From Octopus bimaculoides (lineage: Eukaryota), in the NCBI RefSeq assembly GCF_001194135.2, contig NC_068983.1, positions 8,909,820 to 8,952,869 on the forward strand: 43,050 bases of DNA, read 5' to 3'. Of this stretch, positions 1 through 10,445 are shown piece after piece. How positions within the stretch are numbered: position 1 is the stretch's first letter; every line of letters begins with the position of its first letter. Made by a program: the position numbers and the translations under genes. The notes under the pieces were generated by a model. It was not told where the DNA came from and searched no databases. It was given only the letters and a program-made list of their open reading frames with translations.

Positions 1-52
1 TACATATATATATATATATATATATATACATACATATATATATATATATATG
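1..52. repeat. (TA)n microsatellite with TACA interruptions
   Basis: Direct reading. Confidence 0.95.
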
Positions 53-58
53 CAAGTA

Positions 59-212
59 GGCGCAGGCGTGGCTATTTGGTAAGAAGCTTGCTTCTCAACC
101 ACATAGTTCCGGTTTCAGGTACACTGCATGGCACCTTGTTTTCTCCTATAGCTTCGGGCTTACCAAAGCTTTGTGAGTGGATTTGGTTGCTGGAAACTGA
201 AAGAACCCCGTA
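59..212 (+). mobile_element. SINE-A (tRNA-derived), 5' half
   Basis: ggcgcaggcgtggctatttggtaagaagcttgcttc...ggaaactgaaagaacccc matches the head and body of the copies at 25.0, 26.2 and 36.6 kb. Pol III A/B-box-like motifs are present. Confidence 0.9.
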
Positions 213-2421
213 GTTGTTGAAACCTTAAAAACTGTAAATATCCATCTTACAAAACATATTCCGCAATGGAAGTAAATTTGAAGATACAATTTTACAGAAG
301 GAACTGCACGAATCCCCCACTGAGTTCTTGAAATGTGAATTCAGAGAGTTACCTAACTCGACTGGTTGTGGACACTGACATATTTGCTAAACATGATCAA
401 TAATATTTAACGCTGTAAGAATTTAGAATTTTGAGAATGCAAAATAATTCTTTTTTGAAACGATGTATCCCGAAGCAAAGCAGGAAATCTAAAACAACCT
501 TCTACTTTTTTTCTTTCTAGTATTTACTTGCTTCCAGATATATATTCTTATGGCGTTAACAACTTCTAATTCTCACTGGTAAAAATTAGATTTCTAAAAC
601 GGAATGATAAATTCAAAATATAGTTTTGGTGCTATGATAGATCTAAATCTGGCATACCTTCAGGAGATTTAAGTTTCCGTCTCACAGGCCACCAACGATT
701 TCCTCCACCCAAAGAATTTTAACCCAATATTTAGACGTTATTATTTAAAGCATTATTTGCTTCGATATACACCGTTGCAAAGAAGAATTGGAATATTATT
801 ATAACAATAAAGACAGGGAAGGATGAGAGTAAATATTGAAATGGTACCAATGGTAATTCGAAGAAATTAATTCATTTATCTTTCTGATGTTTGTAAGTAC
901 CATCAATATATTAGTGTTAATTCAATAGAATAAATTTCTCTGCAAAATCTTGGCTTTGTGCCAACTGTAAGAAACCAAACATTTGAGAAGATAGAAAACT
1001 TCCGCTATATGACCACTCACAGAAAATAACCAAAACATGAATAATAAAATTTCACCAGCAAAATTATAGTGAACGTTCAGACAATTCTGAATTATGGAAG
1101 GTAAATAGCACTTGCGTTTTTTTTTTTTAAGCTATTAAATTGCTTTAAATCGAAAACGAAACTATATAGAAATTTCAAACAACAGATTTGATGAGTAGCA
1201 ATATAAATAATAAAGATATTAAGAACATTGTGAAACAAAGAACTAAATCAAATCACTATCCTAAAATTATCAGAAACGAAACTAATTTAATGAGAAATGC
1301 TCTAAAAATCAATACTAAATTGTATTGATTACTTTCATTAAGTATTTACATTTTATTACATTCTTTTATTACCTTGATGAATTAATTCATTAGTTTAGTA
1401 TTTCAGTATTTAATTATTTAATGATTAATTACACAATGCCAAGTGTATGTTTGGCTGACACGTGTTATAAATGCATTTTTACGATCGAAGCCGAAATCCT
1501 CTTGAAGCCTTTAGAAAGTTGGAGATGTCGAGACTAATTATAGTTTCTGACAATCAATCTTTGATAGACTTCAGTTATATCTTGGTTACGGCGAACAACC
1601 TTTGATCTTGTTTCAGTAAATAGCTACTTGAGCGATTTAATATGACCAGCGAGCAACTCTATATAGAGTATATGTCTAGAAACAGCAAATTATCTTGGCC
1701 TTTGCCCAAGTTTTAAGAAAAGTCACGCGAAGACTGGGTCGGTAAGGTGAAGAGGAGTATTGTTCATTCGAAAGAAGCAAGTTCGTATTTCATTACTATT
1801 GTTGTTGTTGATGATGTCATTTCAAACAATTTTTATGGAAACTGTAGTGCGAGATGAAATACGAAAGCGTGACAGACGTCTGTTATTATAGTTTTTTTCG
1901 TTCTTTTTGTATAATGTGAAAGTGTTCCGAGGCGAAAATTAATATATAATGTGATATATTATACTGTATGGAGTACGGAGCGGGGTGGGGGCAGAGTATA
2001 CTGCTTGAAATATTTCTGATGTTATTATACTTAGGGAGATTATTAGTTTATGTAATAACACCACAACATATATCATTATATCAATAATCATATCGATCGT
2101 TCAACCAAAATCGTTTTCCCTTTTTTTTTCTTTGTGTTTCCTCTTTTCAATATCATAATGTTTCAGTACTGATTTCTGTAATATACTTTTATTATTAAAT
2201 AGGTATTGAAGTAATTGAGCTAGAAAAATTTGTCTACTGCCCTCACTAGGTCGTGGGACACTCTAATAAATACCTTGTTGGCTCATTAACCTACTGAATG
2301 TGTTTCAGTTCTCTTCTCATCTGCAGTGCGAAAGTATAGTAACGATAATATACAGCCACAGATTTTAACATAGACTCTCTAAGTATGTAGTCAGTTTCTT
2401 TATTTTATATATGAAATAACG

Positions 2422-2452
<31 letters not shown>

Positions 2453-3178
2453 NNNNNNNNNNNNNNNNNNNNNNNNNNNNNNNNNNNNNNNNNNNNNNNN
2501 NNNNNNNNNNNNNNNNNNNNNNNNNNNNNNNNNNNNNNNNNNNNNNNNNNNNNNNNNNNNNNNNNNNNNNNNNNNNNNNNNNNNNNNNNNNNNNNNNNNN
2601 NNNNNNNNNNNNNNNNNNNNNNNNNNNNNNNNNNNNNNNNNNNNNNNNNNNNNNNNNNNNNNNNNNNNNNNNNNNNNNNNNNNNNNNNNNNNNNNNNNNN
2701 NNNNNNNNNNNNNNNNNNNNNNNNNNNNNNNNNNNNNNNNNNNNNNNNNNNNNNNNNNNNNNNNNNNNNNNNNNNNNNNNNNNNNNNNNNNNNNNNNNNN
2801 NNNNNNNNNNNNNNNNNNNNNNNNNNNNNNNNNNNNNNNNNNNNNNNNNNNNNNNNNNNNNNNNNNNNNNNNNNNNNNNNNNNNNNNNNNNNNNNNNNNN
2901 NNNNNNNNNNNNNNNNNNNNNNNNNNNNNNNNNNNNNNNNNNNNNNNNNNNNNNNNNNNNNNNNNNNNNNNNNNNNNNNNNNNNNNNNNNNNNNNNNNNN
3001 NNNNNNNNNNNNNNNNNNNNNNNNNNNNNNNNNNNNNNNNNNNNNNNNNNNNNNNNNNNNNNNNNNNNNNNNNNNNNNNNNNNNNNNNNNNNNNNNNNNN
3101 NNNNNNNNNNNNNNNNNNNNNNNNNNNNNNNNNNNNNNNNNNNNNNNNNNNNNNNNNNNNNNNNNNNNNNNNNNNNNN
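2453..3178. other. Assembly gap flanked by (TA)n
   Basis: N run. Confidence 1.
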
Positions 3179-3210
<32 letters not shown>

Positions 3211-3213
<3 letters not shown>

Positions 3214-3585
3214 CTTGTTTCTGTTATTAGACAGCAGATATAATGAGACAGATGGCCACTTTCAAGATTTTTTAGACGATGAATTGACACTGGTACTTAA
3301 TTTTGTAAGAGCCGGTTCTTTTGTTATCGCGTCCGATAAGTTATGGGGGTATAAAAACACCAACATCGGTCGTCAAGCAGTCGTCGAGGATGAATACAGA
3401 CACAGAGGCACGCATCCACTCAAACACACACACACACATATATATATTAACGACGCGCTTCTTTCAGGTTCCGTCTACCGTATCCGCTCACAAGGCTTTG
3501 GTCGGCCCGAGGATATAGTAGAAGACACTTACCCGGAATCGTGTGGTTGGGAAGAAAGCATCTTACTCCACAGCCCGATCGCACA
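3211..3585 (-). mobile_element. SINE-A, diverged near-full-length copy with a short internal deletion behind the head
   Basis: Tail ttacttgtttc at 3211, body cacaaggctttggtcggcccgaggatatagtagaagacact, and head (minus) gggctgtggagtaagatgctttcttcccaacc. Confidence 0.85.
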
Positions 3586-3646
3586 TACATAGTATATGTG
3601 TTTTGTTTTTATGCTAATTTGCTGCCTACTCGACGCTGAGGGTTTG

Positions 3647-4439
3647 CTACCACCTGGCTTTATGTAAGAATCTTTCCCACAATGCTAGTCCGCAACAAAT
3701 AGGCGTATAGAACACATATTCTAGTTCGATATATCTTTTACTTTTTACTTGTTTCAGTCTGAGTGTTACCTCTTCGACCGTGATGGTCTTCGCCATATTT
3801 TCAATGTCGTCCCGGCCCATCTGTATTCTGATCATGTCTAAGCTCTGCCTTTGCCAGTTCCTGTGGAGTGTTCTAGTGGCCTCCATGACCACTACTCTCT
3901 CTTCCATGCCTTCCAGTATGGCAGCAACCAGCCAGGCTGCACCCATTTCTGGGTGTATGTCTTCTACCCTAACCCTGGAAGCATGTCTCCCAATGTATAC
4001 GGGTAGAAGCGCCACTTCGTCTGTTTTAAACGGTGTTGCGGAGTGCAGCCGGGCGGTAGCTACGTCCCGAAACTGCCCCGCCACTGTTCCAAACTTTTTT
4101 CCTCAGACAATTCTGGCTAGGGATTTCCTACATTGCCAAAGTGCCTTTTCAACTTGAGTCGTTGACATGGTTTCTATTTTCCTGACTGATAAAACTTCTT
4201 TGGGAGGGAACACCTTCAATTCGTTCCCCTTTCTTTTAAGCATTTCTTTGAATTTACCCAATTCTTCCAGACACGCTTCTTCGTCTTTTTCTTTTTTACT
4301 TCGGCACCTCTGCGTAATTCTTTGTCTCCACTTTTTCGTCGATTCCATCTAAACATTTCACCAATTCTTCCTCAGATGACAGAAAGTCCGAAAAAGAAGA
4401 ATTCAAGCCTTCACAACTCCTCACCCGACGCTCCTCCAT
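3647..4439 (-). pseudogene. Frameshifted retroelement ORF1-like protein (coiled-coil-like N-terminus, RRM-like segments)
   Basis: Three ORF-track pieces (4296..4676 from ATG 4439, 4103..4348, 3647..4084) join into MEERRVRSCE...ETKNYAEV...RKIETMST...LLPVYIGRHASRVRVEDIHPEMGAAWLVAAIL..., collinear with copy 2. The RVRVEDxPPE segment resembles the RRM-like motif of Tx1/L1 ORF1 proteins (recalled, not searched). Confidence 0.6.
3734..3759 (-). mobile_element. Isolated SINE-A 3' tail fragment inside ORF1 copy 1
   Basis: gactgaaacaagtaaaaagtaaaaga (minus) matches the SINE-A terminus gactgaaacaagtaaaagag seen at 37006-37025. Confidence 0.6.
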
Positions 4440-4553
4440 TAAACAAGAGGGAAAATATCGCACCGCTAAGACAGCAAACAAAAACAAAACACGTGTGTTA
4501 CTCGCAAAACCAACAATGCAACCGACAAAAGCTATACCGGAAGCAAGCTTCTT

Positions 4554-6062
4554 TACTTTATGAAATTGGCCACGAAGGCTGTACATAGAGGGGACAGCAC
4601 AATGTGGGGACAAAAAACAAAACGAATAGAAAGAATGAAAAGAATGAAAGATGAAATGAAGCCGTCCGCCGCCCACCTCCGTACGACTTCATTGAACCTG
4701 TTAATACAACATTTTTTAAACACTAGTTTATAACAATTATTAGCGACAGCTAATTATCATTCCTCCAAATGATGTTTACATTGTGCTTCTTTAGAATATC
4801 ATAAACACTTACCTGCTTAGTCATTGAGACGGTGCCGATTTCTGGACCCAGGACTTATAGTCATAATTTTCCTCCGTGTCTCTTAATCTTGATATGTATG
4901 CTGGGTCTGTCACTACACAACGAAAGTACTCGGGTATCCACTTTTGTAACACTGTCCCACGAGTCTATTTCATTATACACTTCTGCATCGTCTCCCCTGT
5001 ACTTTATAACAGATTCTTCCAAGGGCGAGAGTGGGAAAATGTGGGACTCCTGTGTGTTTGTGCTTGTATTTATATCAAGTAGAGCATGGAGAGGGCTGGT
5101 GTCTGTAGGGATTAGTTGGAATAGAGTGGGAGCTGGGTGGGTGTGGGATAGGGATTGTACTTTACAGCGTGTGCCTTTTTTTCTCTTTCTTCTCTTTTCC
5201 GGCTGTTTCTATATATCTTTGCAACTTCTACCACCATATCGAGGCTTTGTCCTGGCCAGTTCCTGTGTCTTGGAGGACCACCACCTTCTTCTCTCTACAT
5301 CCACTTCTGGGAATATGTCCTCTACCCTAACCCTGAAAACACATCTCCCAAAGTATACGGGTAGAAGAAAGTATACGGGTAGAAGTGTTCTAGTAACCTG
5401 CAGGACCATCACTCTCTCCTCCATACCTTGCAGCATGGCAGCCACCAGCCAGGCTACAACCATTTCTGGGGGTGTGTCTTCTACCCTAACCCTGGAAGCA
5501 CAACTCCCAAGATATACGGGTAGAAGCGCCACTTCGTCGGTGTTGCCTGGCAGTAGCTACTTCCCGAAACCGCACCTTCACTGTTCCAATTTTTCTACTT
5601 CTAGCGAGATAGGTAATTGGTCCAAGTGCCTTTCCAATTTGAGCCGTTGACATGGTCTCAATTTTCCTGGCTGTCACTGAGTACGTTCTGTAAATTATTG
5701 TCTTCTCACTTGTTTCTTTGTGGGGGGGGGGGCCTTCACTTCATTTCCCTCCGTTTTAATCATTCCTTGAACTTGCTTATATCCTCCAGCCTCACTTCTT
5801 TCTTTCGTCACCTCTGCATAATTCTTCGTCTCCATTGCTTCGTCTATCTTCTTTAAACACTCCACCATTTCTTCCTCAGACGACACAAAGTCTGAAGAAG
5901 GGCAGTTTACAAAGTCAGAAGAACAATTCACACTTTTGCAACTCCTCACCCTACGCCGCTCCATTAAACAAAAGGAAAATGTCGCACTGCTGAGACAGCA
6001 AAAAACAAAAAAACACGTATGTCACTCGCAAAACCAAAATTCCAACTGACAAGCGCTATACC
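4554..6062 (-). mobile_element. L1/Tx1-like non-LTR element, copy 2: 5' UTR, ORF1 and 3' tail, no ORF2
   Basis: Same 5' end as copy 1 (GGTATAGC at 6062), ATG at 5964, ORF1 remnants to the stop at 4861, a pyrimidine-rich 3' region, and the terminus ...tgtcccctctatgtacagccttcgtggccaatttcataaagt. Confidence 0.65.
4861..5964 (-). pseudogene. Disrupted ORF1-like protein, copy 2
   Basis: ORF pieces 5695..5964, 5486..5677 and 5209..5532 are homologous to copy 1. The frame of 5209..5532 continues past one TAG for 115 more sense codons (KQPEKRRKRKKG...IKIKRHGGKL*) to the TGA at 4861-4863. Confidence 0.6.
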
Positions 6063-6097
6063 GGAAGCAAGCCTCTTACTACACAGTCACGCGTGCG
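6063..6097 (-). mobile_element. Orphan SINE-A head (first ~35 nt) abutting the 5' end of element copy 2
   Basis: cgcacgcgtgactgtgtagtaagaggcttgcttcc vs the SINE-A head cgcaggcgtggctgtgtggtaagaagcttgcttcc: 31/35 identical. Confidence 0.85.
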
Positions 6098-6119
6098 TAT
6101 ATATATATATATATATATT

Positions 6120-6152
6120 AGTTAGACAGATAGATAGATAGATAGATAGATA
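6120..6152. repeat. (GATA)n microsatellite
   Basis: Direct reading. Confidence 0.9.
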
Positions 6153-6332
6153 TAATGCTAATAAGAAGATAAAGAAAGATTAATTCACATTTTTAATTAA
6201 CAAGTTAGAATTGTTTCTGTAGCAACTCTTGTTTCAATATAAGTTCACCTAAATTATCAAAATAAAAATTTGCTTACTGTTTGCAGTTTTAAACATTAAA
6301 CAGAATCAACTAAAGAGGCATTAGTTGCCCCG

Positions 6333-6435
6333 GATATGTAGTAGAAGACACTCGTTCAATGTTTTGCAGAATTGAACTGAATCAGAAACCATATGGGTGT
6401 TGAGCGAACTTCTTAGCCACACGGCAAAACCTGTG
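6333..6435 (-). mobile_element. SINE-A 5' fragment, decayed
   Basis: tagtagaagacactcg...gaactgaatcagaaaccatatgg...cttcttagccacacggc is the reverse complement of the head. Confidence 0.6.
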
Positions 6436-6454
6436 TTCTTTATTATCACCAAAA

Positions 6455-6560
6455 TGCTGAAAGGAAATCGGCATTGGAGGGATTTGAAAGTAGAGCGTGG
6501 TGTATTGGAACATACGAAGCATTTTATCCAACGCATAATCGATTCTTTTAATTTGCAGCC
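6455..6560 (-). mobile_element. SINE-B fragment, heavily decayed
   Basis: gaaaggaaatcggcattggagggatttgaaagtagagcgt...gaagcattttatccaacgcataatcgattct follows SINE-B motif order. Confidence 0.45.
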
Positions 6561-7842
6561 TTGAACTCATTGATACAATTCGTAAAACAAAGCAGAAGAT
6601 ACAAAATTCCTATGCATATAGCCCATTTTCTATCCTTCATTTTAGAACTATTTATAAGAATTATCTTCTTCTCCGGGTTACAACGTGGGAGGTAATTACT
6701 GTACGTCATCACTAATCATGTTGAATGGCCTTCTGTTTTCATAATCAACGTCACGCCGTTCAAAATCACTGCTGAAGACATATCCAGGGAAATATTTTGC
6801 TACTACAAAGTGTCAAGTACTTTTGCTCGTCTACAGTACCAAGATCAAATCTTACTCTAAAATATAAATTGACTAGTTTAGCGCCATTGACACATGGCTG
6901 ACTGTATCACTAAATATATTCGCTTTGTTGCTTTCGTCTTCTAGATCGATAGATTCAAATCAAACACGTTTCTATACCTTTTGTGGATAGTTGTTCGGCG
7001 GATATAATCGGTTCTTTCTTTTAAATAATTCCCATCAAAGAGGCATTTATTCAAACTTATCCGATTCCTCTCGGTCTTGGGAAATTATCAAAGCTATATC
7101 GAATTCACAAAATATTCTTCGGAATTCCCTATTTCCTTTTATCATAGCCAACATATTTCTATCGTGAAAGATAAATTTTCATTGAAGATATAGAAAATCT
7201 GTATAGTGTCAGATAAGCAAGAGACAAAATTCTTCAAATTAGATTTATGGTTCTGTCCAATAAAGGTATCTCTATGGTTATAAATAATGAATAAAAATGT
7301 TTTCAGAGTGAGTTGAGGTAAATGATACGAAATTCTATGAATTACAAATGTTACTCTAAATAGTTGATGTGAGTAATGCTGATTGCTTTTGAAGTGGCGG
7401 TAGAAGGCTGATTTATTTATCTAGAGAACAAAAGCAACGAGGTTACAGACAGCTTAACACTTCTGGTGACAACGTTTACTTTGCACCTGTCAGTGTTAGA
7501 CACTAGGGCTGCTAAACCAACCATATACTTTCCTTCTCGTGAAGAAGAATTATGCGAAATGTACGCGAGAGGTAGCCATAAAACTGAAATCAAAGGAAAT
7601 ACATAAAAGTTTGAAATGTGTTCTAGTGAGCCAAACAGGGTAAACACAGTTTCCCCATGGCGTGTTGGAAGGAGCTGCATAATTTCGTCCAATTCAAATC
7701 CCCACTGTTTTACAAAAAACAATAGTAAAAACGGAGATGAAAAGGATTATCATATGATACACTACGAATAAATCTTCAATGACTTTGATTATAATCTATT
7801 GAAATAAACAGAAGGCCTCACGAATTAAAACAACAGGTGTTA

Positions 7843-7845
7843 TGA

Positions 7846-7877
<32 letters not shown>

Positions 7878-8517
7878 TTATATTTATATATTTATATTTA
7901 TATATTTATATATATATATTTATATATATATATTTATATATATATATTTATATATATATATTTATATATATATATTTATATATATNNNNNNNNNNNNNNN
8001 NNNNNNNNNNNNNNNNNNNNNNNNNNNNNNNNNNNNNNNNNNNNNNNNNNNNNNNNNNNNNNNNNNNNNNNNNNNNNNNNNNNNNNNNNNNNNNNNNNNN
8101 NNNNNNNNNNNNNNNNNNNNNNNNNNNNNNNNNNNNNNNNNNNNNNNNNNNNNNNNNNNNNNNNNNNNNNNNNNNNNNNNNNNNNNNNNNNNNNNNNNNN
8201 NNNNNNNNNNNNNNNNNNNNNNNNNNNNNNNNNNNNNNNNNNNNNNNNNNNNNNNNNNNNNNNNNNNNNNNNNNNNNNNNNNNNNNNNNNNNNNNNNNNN
8301 NNNNNNNNNNNNNNNNNNNNNNNNNNNNNNNNNNNNNNNNNNNNNNNNNNNNNNNNNNNNNNNTATTTATATATATATATATTTATATATATATATATTT
8401 ATATATATATATATTTATATATATATATATTTATATATATTTATATATATATATTTATATATATATATATATACAAAAAAAAATACACACGCATATATAT
8501 ATATATATATATATATG
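7843..8517. repeat. Compound (TA)n/(TATT) microsatellite spanning gap 7986-8363
   Basis: Direct reading. Confidence 0.95.
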
Positions 8518-8947
8518 CGTGTGTATTTTTTTGTGTGTATGTATACTGTATAGAGAGGGAAATAGATACGTATTTCCATATGAATATATAAGCGAGCACG
8601 TATACTTGTATATATCTGACGAACTAGAGTGCATCAATAAGGTCAATCGACCAGTTAGAAATAGAAAACAAATTTCCCTTTAAATCCCACACACAACTTA
8701 CGATAAGAAAAGGTAGAAAGTAAACCATGGTCAAAATATTTAATGTACGAATCGATAAACTATGGTTGCAGCCCCAGCATAGCTGCAGTTCTCAAAATGA
8801 AACTAGTGATAGAATTAAACAGTAAATACTATGTGACCACATCTAGAACGCTGGTACTCATATGCCTGTTCTAAATAGGATAACCTTGTTATCAACATTG
8901 ACTTCAACCCTGAGATAATTGCGTACACACACACACAGATATATGTA

Positions 8948-9275
8948 TGTGGCTGTGTGGTAAGAAGCTTGCTTTCCAGCCACATGGCTCTGGGTTCAGT
9001 CTCACTATAACCTTGAGGCGACCGAAGCCTTGTGTGCGAGTTTGGTAGACGGAAGCTAGAGGAGACCAGTTGCATATGTATATATGTGTGTTTGTGTGTG
9101 TGTACGTGCGTATGTCTACGTGTGTATATCTTTGTTCCACATCACCGCTTTACATTCGATGTTCGTGTGCTTACGTCGCCGTAAATGAGCGGTTCGGCAG
9201 GAGATCGATAGAACAAGTGCCAGCCTTTGAAAAAAATAAGTCCCAAGGTCGATTTGTTCGACTAAAAACCTTTCA
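8948..9275 (+). mobile_element. SINE-A, diverged, with a microhomology-bounded deletion after the B box
   Basis: gtggctgtgtggtaagaagcttgctttccagccacatgg...cagtctcact|ataacct...gagcggttcggcag...gtcgatttgttcgactaaa. Confidence 0.85.
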
Positions 9276-10166
9276 ACGTTTGTGTGTGTGTAATTATGTA
9301 TGTATATATAACAGACAAGAAAGTAAGTTTTGAATACACTATCTCTAAACGAGATATAAGTAGTAACAATACTAGACGGTAACGTTTGTTTGCCACTATA
9401 ACATGGCTAGTATATAAAGAATTATGTTACTACATTTTAAACTCAGGAAAGCGTATTTTCCGGCTGGTTAGTGCCAAACAACCTACGATATATTATGAGT
9501 ATGGGAGCGAATCACTTCCCTCCAGCTTGGCACGACCAGTAGACCATGGTTTCTGCGTCTTTACCCTTCACCAGTACTAGACACATGCCTGCTAGAGATC
9601 ACAGTCAATCGTCCCTACTCACAATATATAGACAGAGAGGTGGCAGAGATTTTAGAACTAGCTACTTTGATCCTTCCGCGTGTTGTTTTGGAGCGAGATA
9701 GTCGAGGGATTACTATATATGTATCGTCGTGGAAGTTTCATTGCAGCCTATCAGCACGCACAGTGACTGTTATCTTCATTGTACCATTCATCATTTGATG
9801 CTAACATTTTTCTTGCACATTCCATAACGTGATCTTTCTCGCAGTTTCTGCTGCAACTCAAACACACACACACACACACATATGCACACAGAAATACTCG
9901 CACGTGCAGATATGCACACACGTTCGTATAACATATTCCTGTAAGTCCAAATATTATTGCGGAATGTTAACAGGTATTAGTTTTTAACCATTGAATCTAT
10001 GGAAAAAGGAATGAGTTGTTTCAATGCATTTATATAATGTTTCTTTTTTTATGTGGCAGAGGCTTCAGTTTTATTTTCATATATATATAAAAGGAAGAGT
10101 AGGAAGATGGATGCAACTCCTGGTGGAAAGATATAGAAACTGATCGGAGAGCGTAGGTATAGTCTT

Positions 10167-10178
10167 GGCGGCCATGTT
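10167..10178 (-). promoter_or_regulatory. YY1-like motif (AACATGGCCGCC)
   Basis: Motif match within a non-repetitive segment. A single motif is weak evidence. Confidence 0.2.
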
Positions 10179-10309
10179 CGTGATCGGTGGTGGAGATAAT
10201 GTGTGAAACATGGGAGGGATATGAGAGTAAAATATGTGGTATTGATGAAGATGTTGTTAGTTGGTGAAGATGTTGGTAGCAAACGCAAAGCAATATTTAT
10301 GCTATACAG

Positions 10310-10445
10310 ATAAATGTGTATCTATCTATCGATCGATCGATCAAACTATCTGTCTATATATCTATGTATCTGTCTATCAATATCTATATATCTGTCTATA
10401 TATCTATCTATATATCTGACTATAGATATAGATATATGTACATAC
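10310..10445. repeat. Degenerate (TATC/TGTC)n repeat
   Basis: Direct reading. Confidence 0.85.

Larger units (their letters stand above)
3620..4538 (-). mobile_element. L1/Tx1-like non-LTR element, copy 1: 5' UTR plus disrupted ORF1, 3' part missing
   Basis: The 5' end GGTATAGC... at 4538 and the UTR are paralogous to 5964-6062, followed by an ORF1-like reading frame. Clade assignment is inferred from architecture. Confidence 0.65.

Noticed and set aside
2427-3290. Long ORFs containing X runs (also 7842..8591, 11509..12589, 18341..19234, 42411..42957)
   Set aside because: They are open only because N gaps and microsatellites contain no stop codons.
3211-3585. Idea that this SINE-A is the downstream remainder of the head at 6063-6097
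   Set aside because: It carries its own sequence upstream of the 15-bp target, so it is not the simple other half of the split SINE. The original remainder was probably deleted along with the 3' end of copy 1.
3647-3700. Possible degraded CCHC zinc knuckle (HCGKDSYIK / LWERFLHKARW in adjacent frames)
   Set aside because: Too decayed; the required C/H residues are not present in a single frame.
4832-5650. 272-aa plus-strand ORF
   Set aside because: Antisense shadow of the minus-strand ORF1 pseudogene; 3780..4157 is the same for copy 1.
6646-6691. 46-nt plus-strand segment between a strong acceptor and gag|gtaatt
   Set aside because: No recognisable peptide, and such sites are common by chance.
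7417-7722. 101-aa minus-strand ORF with an acceptor at 7705/7704, plus competing plus-strand frames
   Set aside because: Several frames look equally plausible, there is no recognisable family and no good donor. It cannot be supported, though the DNA is unique.
8612-8640. CTGACGA followed by a tiny act/agt stem
   Set aside because: No GAAA core or stems I and III.
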